NCBI GenBank assembly: GCA_048938895.1
Contig: JBHLLU010000038.1
Span: forward strand, 1-37,899
Length of the DNA stretch: 37,899 nucleotides
From: Promethearchaeota archaeon
GTDB lineage: Archaea; Asgardarchaeota; Lokiarchaeia; Sigyniarchaeales; SOKP01
Reading direction: 5' to 3'
Shown: piece after piece, positions 1 to 9,749 of the stretch
Layout of the letters: each line of letters opens with the position of its first letter
Numbering within the stretch: position 1 is the first letter of the stretch
Made by a program: the position numbers and the translations under genes
The notes under the pieces: model-generated
What the model was told of the DNA's origin: nothing
Database searches by the model: none
Seen by the model: the letters and a program-made list of their open reading frames with translations, nothing else

Positions 1-303
1 CCAGAGGATTTCAAGGATTGCATGAAGATTCCCAAGATGGTTGATTTCATAGATGATAGATATGCGAATTTCTGGGATGGGTATGTTGAAAACACACCTA
101 AAGCATTTGAAAAAGAACTCTTTACTTGTCCGGTTACGGAACCATGGTCGATGGCACCTGATCTTTGCGAAGTATTAATTGGTGAATCTCTTAGAAGCTT
201 TGTCAAAGCACTAAACCCGAAGTTTAAAACCGAAGGGTTCACAAAATTACTCACCAAAGGTGATAAATGCTGCCGATACAGGGTTGAGTTGGAAGAAAAT
301 TAA
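1..303 (+). CDS. 5'-truncated protein, probably L-2-amino-thiazoline-4-carboxylate hydrolase-like / V4R-like family
   Basis: Frame is open from base 1 (PEDFKDC-MKIP...). Cys pattern TCP...DLC...LTKGDKCCRY is typical of this family. Confidence 0.5.
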   Translation, partial: PEDFKDCMKIPKMVDFIDDRYANFWDGYVENTPKAFEKELFTCPVTEPWSMAPDLCEVLIGESLRSFVKALNPKFKTEGFTKLLTKGDKCCRYRVELEEN

Positions 304-332
304 TTTTTTCCCAAAAAGTCACAAGATTCCAA

Positions 333-372
333 AAAAGTGTACACTACCACTTTTCCCTAATTTTCTTTTTTC
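333..372. terminator. Inverted repeat plus T-tract between convergent genes
   Basis: AAAAGTG (333-339) pairs with CACTTTT (348-354), followed by a T-rich run. Confidence 0.35.
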
Positions 373-375
373 CAT

Positions 376-789
376 TTATTGATATTCTTCTTCTGTTACC
401 GGTCCGAACCATTCTGCCCTTCCTAAAGTAGGATTTGCAGTTATCCCAACATGAACAAACCAGCTCTCTTTTGATGCTCCATGCCAATGTTTCACATTTG
501 GTGGTATTTTCACAACATCTCCTACTTGAAGCGATTGGGCGGGTTTTTCTTCTGCTTGATAATGTCCTTTACCTCCTGTAACAAGAAGAATTTGTCCTCC
601 TGGATGTGAATGCCATTTAGTTCTTGCTTCTGGTTCAAAAGTTACATTGTAGACTTGACAATTAAATATCTCCTCCGTTACTAGCATTTGAACCCATACA
701 TTTCCTGTAAAATAATCACTTGTTGCTTTTTCTCCCTTGGGAAATATCACACTATTTTCCAAATCATTTTTTTTTTGCATTTTTAACAT
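376..789 (-). CDS. Cupin domain protein
   Basis: Cupin motifs WHSHPGGQILLVTGG and IPPNVKHWHGA. Confidence 0.85.
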   Translation of the reverse strand: MLKMQKKNDLENSVIFPKGEKATSDYFTGNVWVQMLVTEEIFNCQVYNVTFEPEARTKWHSHPGGQILLVTGGKGHYQAEEKPAQSLQVGDVVKIPPNVKHWHGASKESWFVHVGITANPTLGRAEWFGPVTEEEYQ

Positions 790-1028
790 CTTTTTTGAAA
801 AATTTGAGTATCCATTAATTATCTAGTTATGAATTGTTACTTTATATTAATTAAGTATTAATTGATAGAGAAAAAAAATTGAAGAAGCTTTTGGCATAAA
901 AAAAAGGATATTTTTGAATATATGTTTATACAACTTAGCTAGGTGTATTTTTAGGACTGATTGTTATATAATTTTGTTTCATATTCAATTTCTTCCAATT
1001 TTTTTCTTAATCTGTGATTTTTCCATCA

Positions 1029-2003
1029 TCATGATTTAATATAAGGAGACATTCTAATCAAGGCTAATTTCGCAAGAGGGGCAATAACTTTCATTCCTAA
1101 TCTTCTCATTCGGTAATCATGCTTCATTCTATTAACATATTGCTGAAATGTCACAGTTTGGAATTTTAGGACTTCTTGGGATTCCTTAGTGTCCATCCAA
1201 TCAATATAAAACCAATCTTCCTTTTTTTTGGCTACTTTAAATGCTTTCTCAGGAAGCATTTTTAACCCAAAAGCATCGAAGAATCCTTCTAAAAAATCTT
1301 TTTCTAAAAGCTGACAACTCTCACCACCTCCGATGAGAAATACCTTGTTAATTTCTTCAATCGTTACAGCATTTGCAAACGCAATTCCGCAATCATTTGA
1401 TGAGACAAATTCAATACGCTGGTCAAGTGGCATTTCGAATAAGAGAGATAAAAAAGAGTCAAATTTACGAGGAATTTTTTCAACAGATACTGCACCTAGC
1501 CGTAAAATAATCCAAGGAAGTCCACTGTCTCTTAACATTTTTTCACATTCTATTTTCGTACTTGAATAGTTATCAGAAGGATCTAAGGGACTATCTACTC
1601 TCACAGGAGGTATTAAATCAATTGTTACTCCATGAACACTTGCAGAACTTGCTATTATGAACCTTGGTTTATTTGGTAAATTTTTCGCAGCATCTATTAG
1701 ATTTCGAGTTCCATTAATATTTACTCTAAGGGCTAATTCTGGATTTTTTTCGCTTAATGGTGGGATGATAGCAGCAAGATGAATGATACATTCAATTCCC
1801 ATCAGGGCTTTATTTAAATCCTCTTTATTAAGAATATTGCCCCAGATCGTTTTAAATTGCAATTTTTTTGATAATTTAGCACTTATTTTTTTATTAGACG
1901 AATTTGGTAAATCAAAACAGGTCACCTCATGTTCACGCATGATCAGTTGTTTCACAGTATTTTGACCTACATTGCCAAAGGCACCAGTTAACAATACTTT
2001 CAA
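1029..2003 (-). CDS. NAD(P)-dependent epimerase/dehydratase (extended SDR)
   Basis: TGAFGNVG Rossmann motif, HLAAI, YSSTK (YxxxK). Start is probably TTG at 2003 after an AGGTGG SD; the track start at 2015 lies inside that SD. Confidence 0.85.
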   Translation of the reverse strand: MKVLLTGAFGNVGQNTVKQLIMREHEVTCFDLPNSSNKKISAKLSKKLQFKTIWGNILNKEDLNKALMGIECIIHLAAIIPPLSEKNPELALRVNINGTRNLIDAAKNLPNKPRFIIASSASVHGVTIDLIPPVRVDSPLDPSDNYSSTKIECEKMLRDSGLPWIILRLGAVSVEKIPRKFDSFLSLLFEMPLDQRIEFVSSNDCGIAFANAVTIEEINKVFLIGGGESCQLLEKDFLEGFFDAFGLKMLPEKAFKVAKKKEDWFYIDWMDTKESQEVLKFQTVTFQQYVNRMKHDYRMRRLGMKVIAPLAKLALIRMSPYIKS

Positions 2004-2282
2004 ATTAATTACCACCTATTTTTAATATTACAGAGAGATATATATACAGATTTGATATGTCCATAAGTTATATATCCATATTAAACATATACTAATTTTG
2101 ATATATAAATTTATTGCATTCCGAAAATATTATCAATAAACATTGCAAACTCCAATAGCATCAATATTTGACTTTTAATCTTCAAATTATGTTGTAAGAA
2201 GTTTCCCCGTAAGAAGGAGTAATTGGGATTTTAGGATGTAAAATTTGTACATATGATAATACCTTTAAGAGAATTTCTCATT

Positions 2283-3173
2283 CTAATTATTTTTGGTAGT
2301 TTTATTACTTATTGCAACAATTGCATCTAAAATACGTGGGAGGACTTCACGAGGAAAACTATGACCCATTCCTTCCAAAATCAGTAATTCTGCTCCAGGT
2401 ATCCCATCTGCAATATCCTTACCCCATTCAATAGGATGAAGTGGATCTTCACTCCCGTGAATAACGAGTGTGGGTACTGTTATGGCTTTAATTTTAGGTT
2501 TTAGATTACCAGGGACTGCCATTGCTGCTAATTGACGAGCTATCCCTTCAGGGTAATAAGAACGGTCATACTGTTTTGTCCAGTAATCTTTTGCTTGTGT
2601 TTCATTGTATGGAAAAATACCGTGAATAAAACGCCCACGTTTGACCATTTCTTCAATAAACGCTTCACGTTCAGTAGGAACGGGTGCAAAATATTGCATC
2701 ATGATTTCTGGTTTAGCTTGTGGTAATTCGGGATTTCCAGTCGTGCTCATGATTAATGTGAGAGACAATACTCGAGAAGGATGGCGATATGCTAAAACTT
2801 GAGCAATTGTACCACCCATTGAAGCACCACAAATGTGTGCTTTATCTATGTTCAGAGCATCCAAGAGACCAATAGCATCATCTGCCATATCTTCAGAAGA
2901 ATATGGTACTTTTGGTATTTCTCCTTGAGTATATGCAGCATTAATCTCCATAAAATTTGGTACACCGGCATCTTCAAATTTGGTTGACAATCCCACATCT
3001 CGGTTATCGAATCTGATAACAAAAAAACCGAGGGTTGCTAGATTTTCACAGATTTCATCCGTCCAAGAAATTAACTGCCCTCCTAATCCCGCGATCAGTA
3101 ATAACGGTTTTGAATTAAGATCTCCAATTGTTTCATATTCAATTTCAATATTATTAGCTTTCACTTTTGGCAT
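2283..3173 (-). CDS. Alpha/beta fold hydrolase
   Basis: FDNRDVGLS, GASMGG nucleophile elbow, HGSEDP, GMGH. Start is probably ATG at 3173 (MPKVKAN) after GGAGGA; the track start is 3188. Confidence 0.88.
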   Translation of the reverse strand: MPKVKANNIEIEYETIGDLNSKPLLLIAGLGGQLISWTDEICENLATLGFFVIRFDNRDVGLSTKFEDAGVPNFMEINAAYTQGEIPKVPYSSEDMADDAIGLLDALNIDKAHICGASMGGTIAQVLAYRHPSRVLSLTLIMSTTGNPELPQAKPEIMMQYFAPVPTEREAFIEEMVKRGRFIHGIFPYNETQAKDYWTKQYDRSYYPEGIARQLAAMAVPGNLKPKIKAITVPTLVIHGSEDPLHPIEWGKDIADGIPGAELLILEGMGHSFPREVLPRILDAIVAISNKTTKNN

Positions 3174-3298
3174 TTTAGAATCCTCCATTCATAATCTTAT
3201 TTCAATTTAATAAATTTGTGGAGAATTACAATTAAAGATTATAATTATACTTAATTAACAAAAATATTATAAAAATTTAAAAAATAAAACTTCAAAAA

Positions 3299-3631
3299 AT
3301 GATTGCAAGAATTTGGCATGGTTGGACTACCTTTGAAAATGCTGATACTTATGAAGATTTACTGAAAAATGAAATCTTTCCTTCTATTGAGAAAATGGGG
3401 GTAAATGGATATAGAAAAATAAGTCTTTTGAGACGTCCGTTAGAAAGCGAAGTGGAATTTATAACGATAATGTTATTTGAAAATTTGGCAGCAGTGAAGG
3501 AATTCGCTGGGGAAGATTATGAAAGATCCTATGTCCCCGAGGAGGCACAGAAAGTTCTTTTAAAACATGATTCTTATTCACAACACTATGAAATTATTAA
3601 TGAGTTTGAATATTCAAAAAAGAATCCATAG
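3299..3631 (+). CDS. Antibiotic biosynthesis monooxygenase-like (dimeric alpha-beta barrel) protein
   Basis: MIARIWHGWT...EFITIMLF...FAGEDYE pattern. Confidence 0.75.
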   Translation: MIARIWHGWTTFENADTYEDLLKNEIFPSIEKMGVNGYRKISLLRRPLESEVEFITIMLFENLAAVKEFAGEDYERSYVPEEAQKVLLKHDSYSQHYEIINEFEYSKKNP

Positions 3632-3640
3632 ATATATGAA

Positions 3641-3994
3641 CTATTTCTTTAAATTTTCTTTTACTCTAAATTCAACAATCTTTTTTACTAATTCATAAGG
3701 TATAGGATTGTCAAGTGGAAATTTTGCTGAACCTTTTGATACTTCATAAGGAGATAACTCTATTTTAAATGCTTCAATCCCAGAAGGAGTAGGATAAAAT
3801 CCAATATGTTTTTTATATGCCGCAAAATGCACTAAATTTCCATTTAGTTTGAATGTAGGGATTTTATAACTAATAGCTTCCTTAGCCTCAGGTGCAGATT
3901 CTCTAATGGCTTGCCTCAATTTTTTTAATATTTCTTGAACATTTTCCGGAAATGTACTAATATAGTCATCAATAGTTTCAATAGTTTCAAACAT
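3641..3994 (-). CDS. DUF1801/YdhG-like protein
   Basis: IDDYI...APEAKEAISYKIPTF...FAAYKKHIGFYP. ATG at 3994 (MFETIE) avoids overlap with the upstream gene. Confidence 0.85.
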   Translation of the reverse strand: MFETIETIDDYISTFPENVQEILKKLRQAIRESAPEAKEAISYKIPTFKLNGNLVHFAAYKKHIGFYPTPSGIEAFKIELSPYEVSKGSAKFPLDNPIPYELVKKIVEFRVKENLKK

Positions 3995-4010
3995 ATTTTT
4001 ACCAATTATT

Positions 4011-4955
4011 TTAATTATTAATTTTACCAAAACTATGTTTATACCCAACTACTTCTTTTAACTCTTTATTAAAATCAAATTGAATATAATGAGCCTTTGA
4101 GCGAACCATTGGTTCCAAAAAGAAAAGCTTCAAAGTAATTTGTCCGTTAAATCTATAAATTTTTGGCAATACAGTCCATTTTGCGTAATAGTAATTTTCC
4201 ATACATTTTTCTAATCCTTTCTTAAGAAACATCATTTCTTCCAAAGTCAACTTTTCGGAATTCTGATATATTATCTTGGTTTTCCAAAGGTGAGATCTTT
4301 TTTCAATCTGTAGGGATAGGGTGTTATTTTCAATTTTCTTTTCAAAAATGAAAAAAAAGAATGGTAATACTCCTGGAAAATATTTTTGATTCTCTGTTAG
4401 ATGGGAGCTCACCCAAATTCTAGTAAGAATCCGGAAAGTATAATAAACTAATAAAAAATATGTGTATGTGTTGATTGCTAGGAGAAGTAAAGCGTTATCC
4501 GGAAAAAAATTATAAACAATTAAAAAACTTGCTATAAAGATCCAAGAAGTTAGAAATGTAAACGAGCTCCCAGCTTTTTCGACAGAAAAACAATATTCCC
4601 TTCTGGATATGGGGTAGAAACATGGAATTTTTGTAGTATTTAGTAAATCAAGAGATACATGTATTCCATAGAATATAATTCCTATAATCCAAATAATGGG
4701 AAATGATTGTTTGGTTAAAATTGAATAAAAAAGGCCTATAATTGTGGATAAGATAATCCCAATAATATAAGAATGGGATGCTGAACGATGCTCAAGATAA
4801 TTTGACTTAAATTTACGCCTTAATGGAGATATAAATATATCTAAATCAGGTAAAATCGCAAAAAACATAGCATAAAGAATATATTCAAATGTTATATCCT
4901 TGAGAAAAAAGGTATACATAAGTGCTCCAAACACTAAATGTGTAAAAAAATCCAT
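4011..4955 (-). CDS. Membrane metal-dependent hydrolase (YdjM-like)
   Basis: MDFFTH, LPDLD, HRSASHS and HVSLD motifs; several TM segments. Confidence 0.8.
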   Translation of the reverse strand: MDFFTHLVFGALMYTFFLKDITFEYILYAMFFAILPDLDIFISPLRRKFKSNYLEHRSASHSYIIGIILSTIIGLFYSILTKQSFPIIWIIGIIFYGIHVSLDLLNTTKIPCFYPISRREYCFSVEKAGSSFTFLTSWIFIASFLIVYNFFPDNALLLLAINTYTYFLLVYYTFRILTRIWVSSHLTENQKYFPGVLPFFFFIFEKKIENNTLSLQIEKRSHLWKTKIIYQNSEKLTLEEMMFLKKGLEKCMENYYYAKWTVLPKIYRFNGQITLKLFFLEPMVRSKAHYIQFDFNKELKEVVGYKHSFGKINN

Positions 4956-5228
4956 AATCAATAATAAACAATAAATTTCTTCTTTTGTAAGGAAAAAAAC
5001 ACTACTTTTTTATTTTAACGTTTATAATTTTGAGCTACAGATTTTAAGTAATTTTAATAGGTAGATTTTGTGAATTTAAGAAAATTGCCTAATATCTTTT
5101 TTTTGGATGCGTTCTTCAAAAAATGAATGAGATTAAGATTTTTAATGAAATGATTTAAATATCAATTAATTAGAAGAGATATTATTAAAATACACTTTTT
5201 ATAAATCACCTATAAAAAAGTAATAAAT

Positions 5229-5933
5229 ATGGGATTTAACAATTTAGAAGAACAAGCGAAAGAAGAAGAGGAAGAAGGTGAAGTAATTTATTTAAGAACT
5301 TATTCCAAGGCTATATTTCTTTTTCCTTTATTTATCATAAATATAATCTTGTGGATTTTACAGTACGCCTTAGGAAAATCTGGAAAACCAGTTCCTTGGC
5401 TAGGATTTATATGGACATTAGTATTCTTTATAAATCTGATAACAATTGCATTTGATATATCCTCAACAAAGTTCTTTATAATTATCCTAATATTCATTAT
5501 TGCATTCTTACTTATTGTTTTTCTAATTCTTCCTCCTACATTGCACGATTTTTACAATAAAGTTCAACTCGTAGAATTTAACATTGGAATGAATGAAGAT
5601 TTCTATTTAGTGATGACATTAATTTTAGGTTTAATTTTATTAATTACCATAATTGCTCCGAGATTTAACTATTGGAAATTGGAACGTAATGAACTTTATC
5701 ATAAAAGAGGTATATTTGTTGAAGCTGATCGATATTCTACAAGGGGTTTAAGATATAAGAAAAAAATTCCCGATATTTTAGAATTTTTCATGTTAGGGGC
5801 AGGTTCTATTACGTTTCTATTGGGAGAAGATGATTCAGAACATTTAAATACTGTACCTCTAATTAATAAAAAAGCAAAGAAACTTGACTTTCTTTTAAGC
5901 GATCTAGAGGTTGAAGTTGAATCAGAAAAATAA
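5229..5933 (+). CDS. Hypothetical membrane protein (4 TM plus soluble, possibly bPH-like, C-terminus)
   Basis: 234-aa ORF with an acidic N-terminus, four hydrophobic stretches and a soluble tail. Confidence 0.7.
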   Translation: MGFNNLEEQAKEEEEEGEVIYLRTYSKAIFLFPLFIINIILWILQYALGKSGKPVPWLGFIWTLVFFINLITIAFDISSTKFFIIILIFIIAFLLIVFLILPPTLHDFYNKVQLVEFNIGMNEDFYLVMTLILGLILLITIIAPRFNYWKLERNELYHKRGIFVEADRYSTRGLRYKKKIPDILEFFMLGAGSITFLLGEDDSEHLNTVPLINKKAKKLDFLLSDLEVEVESEK

Positions 5934-5971
5934 GATAAATAAAAAAATAATATTTAAAAAAATATGGGAAT

Positions 5972-7165
5972 TCACTTCTGATATTTATTCCAGTTTTCTT
6001 CGAGATTAGGATCCTGAAGTGTATTCATTAAATACTTAGCAAATTCTTCCCCTGTAGCTCCCGTATCTCTTCCGGTCATCTTTAATTTCTTTTCATAGGT
6101 TGCGCATATATCAAGAGCCATTTCAAGTTGTTTTGCTTTATCTACAAATCCTATATGGTTTAAAAGTAATGCAGCAGCCTTTATGATGCTAGAAGGGTCA
6201 GCATATTGAGCTCTGCCTTCTTCAACCATTCGAGGAGCTGAACCATGAATAGCTTCAAACATTGCGTATTCTTTACCTATATTTGCGCTTCCAGCAGTAC
6301 CAACTCCACCCTGTAGCTGAGCAGCTTCATCAGTAATGATGTCCCCATAAAGATTAGGGGCAACAAATACTTTAAAATCCTTTTGACGTGCAGGATCAAC
6401 GAGTTTAGCGGTTGCAATGTCAATATACCAGTCATCCCATTTAACTTGAGGATATTCTTTTGCAATTTCTTCTGCCATGGAGAGAAATCTGCCATCTGTA
6501 GCTTTTACGACATTTGCTTTCGTTACCACCGATACTCGATTAATTTTGTTTTTGGCTGCATAATCAAATGCTAAACGTATAATCCTGTCTGAACCCTGTT
6601 TTGTTATTACTTTGAAATCTATTGATAAATCATCAGAAACATTAATTCCTTTCGATCCTAACACATAAGCTCCTTCCGTATTTTCTCTGAAGAACATCCA
6701 ATCAATACCTAGCTCTGGTACTTTTACTGGGCGAACATTAGCAAATAAATCTAATTCACGCCTCATTGTAACATTAGCACTTTCGATATTTGGCCATTTA
6801 TCTCCTTTACGTGGCGTAGTTGTTGGGCCTTTTAATAAAACATGACACTTCTTAATTTCTTCTAAAACATCATCAGGAATAGCCTTCATTACTTTAGCTC
6901 TGTTTTCAATTGTCAAACCTTCAATAACTCTAAGTTCTACAGCACTACTATTCGACTCATCCTTAAGTAAAAATTCCAAAATTGTTTGAGCATGCTTTGT
7001 TATATATGGTCCGATTCCATCCCCACCAACGAGTCCTATAATAATAGGTTTGAGTTTAGAATAATCAGTCCAATCCGCGGCTTTTTTCATCTGTTCAACT
7101 CGTTCCAATTGTTCTCTAACAAGAGACTCAAAATGTTTTGTTGCTTTTTCTACTAAATCAGTCAT
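5972..7165 (-). CDS. icd: Isocitrate/isopropylmalate dehydrogenase family, probably isocitrate dehydrogenase
   Basis: GDGIGP, KGPTTTP, SANVTMRRELDLFANVRP (IDH-like S/N/R substrate residues), RENTEG, NLYGDIITD, EAIHGSAP. SD GAGGT. Confidence 0.75.
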   Translation of the reverse strand: MTDLVEKATKHFESLVREQLERVEQMKKAADWTDYSKLKPIIIGLVGGDGIGPYITKHAQTILEFLLKDESNSSAVELRVIEGLTIENRAKVMKAIPDDVLEEIKKCHVLLKGPTTTPRKGDKWPNIESANVTMRRELDLFANVRPVKVPELGIDWMFFRENTEGAYVLGSKGINVSDDLSIDFKVITKQGSDRIIRLAFDYAAKNKINRVSVVTKANVVKATDGRFLSMAEEIAKEYPQVKWDDWYIDIATAKLVDPARQKDFKVFVAPNLYGDIITDEAAQLQGGVGTAGSANIGKEYAMFEAIHGSAPRMVEEGRAQYADPSSIIKAAALLLNHIGFVDKAKQLEMALDICATYEKKLKMTGRDTGATGEEFAKYLMNTLQDPNLEENWNKYQK

Positions 7166-7330
7166 TTCTCATTACCTCTAAACTTTACGTTTGAATTTTC
7201 TATTAAAATTTATACTTTAAATTATAATTTTCAAAAGTATAATAAACTTGTTGAATATTCATCAAGAACCATCTTTTCCCCCAATTTATTCCCATCAAAA
7301 AAAGTAAATGATTAAGAAAGAAAAATTCTA

Positions 7331-9682
7331 TCAAATTCGTTTATGTTTTGTTGGTGTTTTTAATCCTTCATGGATTAGTATTAAACTTAACAATAAAAGA
7401 AAGAGGAAGACTCCTGGCCACAGAGCCCAAAATTTTCCAAATGCTGATCTAGCCCAGTTACAACTAATTCCTAATTGAGGTATGGAGATATCAATTAATC
7501 CAAAAAAACCAAGTGTTTGATATAATATGATTCCAAATGCTACTTCTAAAGGAATGGATTTCAATATCATTTTAATCCGATTGATTAAGTTAGATTCACG
7601 TCTTATAGCATTAGCTATGATTCCAGCAAATACTACAGTTAAAAGAAGCCCCACAATTAATATACTAATAAATCGGGGTTTTAATGCATAAAAAAGGGTG
7701 TTTGCGACAGCGAGAAGCATTATTCCTGGAATTATCAAAAATATTATCAATGTTCCAATAATGCCATAATGGACATACCTATGATATCTACCTGCCATAT
7801 ATCCGAATATTGAACCAAATAGTAGTCCTATAATAGTAATGACGATACCAAATATAAGTGCATCTTGAATTCCATAGATGACTCGTGCAAGCACATCAAA
7901 TCCATATTTGGTTGTTCCAAAGGGATGACTATAACTTGGGGATTCGAAAGGATTATCAGGAGGAAAATCTGGTGGGACTATTTCATTTATACTATAAGAG
8001 GTAAAAAAATAAGGGAATATAGAAAGAATAATGAAAGACATCAATAGTGTCAATCCGATTATAACAAAAGGATTCTTTAATGAAGTTATTATATAATTTT
8101 TGAATTCATTTCTGAAATTCAACACTTCATTTTGTTCCATATTAATTTCTTGTTCAGAAAAATGTGATAGATTTTCATTGTTTAATTTATATTCAGTAAT
8201 TGTTAGTATTCCGCTAATTATACCCAATATACCGGCTATGATTGGAATAACAAACCCAAAACTTGGAGGATAAAACATGTTCCAATAGCTAGAAAAATAT
8301 TCCTTGAAATTTGAATAATATATAATTGGACTAATAAAAATTAGAAATCCACCAACAATACTTAATACTACACCCCCATCGTACATCTTATTATTTTTTG
8401 TTTTTAATATAGGTATTAAAAGTAAAATGATCCCTATAACCATTAATATAATTATAATAGTACCTAACATAAGGTAATTATAATCCAATGGACTAACAAA
8501 AAGTTCATTAACAAATCCAGAATCAGTTGATCCACCCCCACTACCTCGTACATAAAATCCCAAATACCAAAGAAAGGATATACCATCAGGATCTAAAAGA
8601 CCCATTGTAGGAGTTATTAACCCTATTACTGTTAGACCTATAGCTATTTTCGGTATTAAAAATTTCTTTTTATAAACAATTCTCTTAAAGTTTTTAGCTT
8701 TGTCAAAAACAAACTTCTTGAAGGAATTATATACTATAGGGATAATATTTGTTAAAAAGATGGTAAAAGAAAAAAGAATAATTATAAGATAAAGACAACC
8801 AATACTGAGAAATATATCTCCCAGATAAACAGATTGTATGAAACGGTATCCAAATCCAGTTCTATTAAAACATACTTCTAGAGTAATGACTAAGGCAAAA
8901 AATATTCCAAATAATTTAGCCGCTGTTAATGAATTTGAGACAAAAGCAGTTTCCTCTGTTTTACGTTCAATATGATTCTGAGTTTGTTTAATAACTATGG
9001 CTAATATCAAAAAGCTAAGTATAAATATCGGAAGAATTGCGTGTTCAATAATACTTCCAGCTAATTTCCAATTACCATTAATAATAGAATCAAATAACGG
9101 GAATCCTGTAATATCGGATAGTGGGTAATAATATGGATCAGCTATATACATTGCCGGGAATTCGAATCCTGGTAACAATGTACAAAATTGTATCAGCGTA
9201 GCTAAAAAAAATATAGGTATGGCAAAACCTATAATTGTAAATATCCGTATTATCAAACTTTGAGCGCTATTTCGTTTCTTTATCACACTTTTACCAAGCT
9301 TAATACCTAATAATCCAATTAATAATGGTACTATGAGTATTCCAATAGTTCTAGGAAAAGTTTTAGCTAATATATCAATCACAGGTTCCCCTTCAGCAAC
9401 AATAAAGGATTCTCCCCAGTTTCCCTTGAAAAAATTCAGAAAATATAAACCAAATTGAACATACCACGGATCATAATAACCAATTTGGCGTAAAATCTTT
9501 TCATAATATGTAGGATCATCAAATAATGCTGGGGAAACTATATTATGTGGAGCTGGGTTATGTATCCCATAGTAATAGAAAAAAAAGCCAATTACTAACC
9601 CAATAAATAAAACTACAATCCCATAAACTAAGGAATTAATTATAGTAAGACGTACTTTTCTCTGATAATCTGTGAAACTCAT
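7331..9682 (-). CDS. Fused DppB-like and DppC-like peptide/nickel ABC permease with an internal 4-TM domain
   Basis: DppB signatures (PWYVQF...GNWGES, FPRT, HAILP) and DppC signature (PSYSHPFGTTKYGFDVLARVIYG). Confidence 0.75.
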   Translation of the reverse strand: MSFTDYQRKVRLTIINSLVYGIVVLFIGLVIGFFFYYYGIHNPAPHNIVSPALFDDPTYYEKILRQIGYYDPWYVQFGLYFLNFFKGNWGESFIVAEGEPVIDILAKTFPRTIGILIVPLLIGLLGIKLGKSVIKKRNSAQSLIIRIFTIIGFAIPIFFLATLIQFCTLLPGFEFPAMYIADPYYYPLSDITGFPLFDSIINGNWKLAGSIIEHAILPIFILSFLILAIVIKQTQNHIERKTEETAFVSNSLTAAKLFGIFFALVITLEVCFNRTGFGYRFIQSVYLGDIFLSIGCLYLIIILFSFTIFLTNIIPIVYNSFKKFVFDKAKNFKRIVYKKKFLIPKIAIGLTVIGLITPTMGLLDPDGISFLWYLGFYVRGSGGGSTDSGFVNELFVSPLDYNYLMLGTIIIILMVIGIILLLIPILKTKNNKMYDGGVVLSIVGGFLIFISPIIYYSNFKEYFSSYWNMFYPPSFGFVIPIIAGILGIISGILTITEYKLNNENLSHFSEQEINMEQNEVLNFRNEFKNYIITSLKNPFVIIGLTLLMSFIILSIFPYFFTSYSINEIVPPDFPPDNPFESPSYSHPFGTTKYGFDVLARVIYGIQDALIFGIVITIIGLLFGSIFGYMAGRYHRYVHYGIIGTLIIFLIIPGIMLLAVANTLFYALKPRFISILIVGLLLTVVFAGIIANAIRRESNLINRIKMILKSIPLEVAFGIILYQTLGFFGLIDISIPQLGISCNWARSAFGKFWALWPGVFLFLLLLSLILIHEGLKTPTKHKRI

Positions 9683-9749
9683 ATCCTAACTATTATCTCT
9701 TCTGATTAGTAGGATAATAAGTTAGTATATAAATTTTATTTAGATGAAC

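Noticed and set aside
2016-2282. Longer intergenic region that might hide a gene remnant
   Set aside because: Only very short frames with no identifiable similarity.
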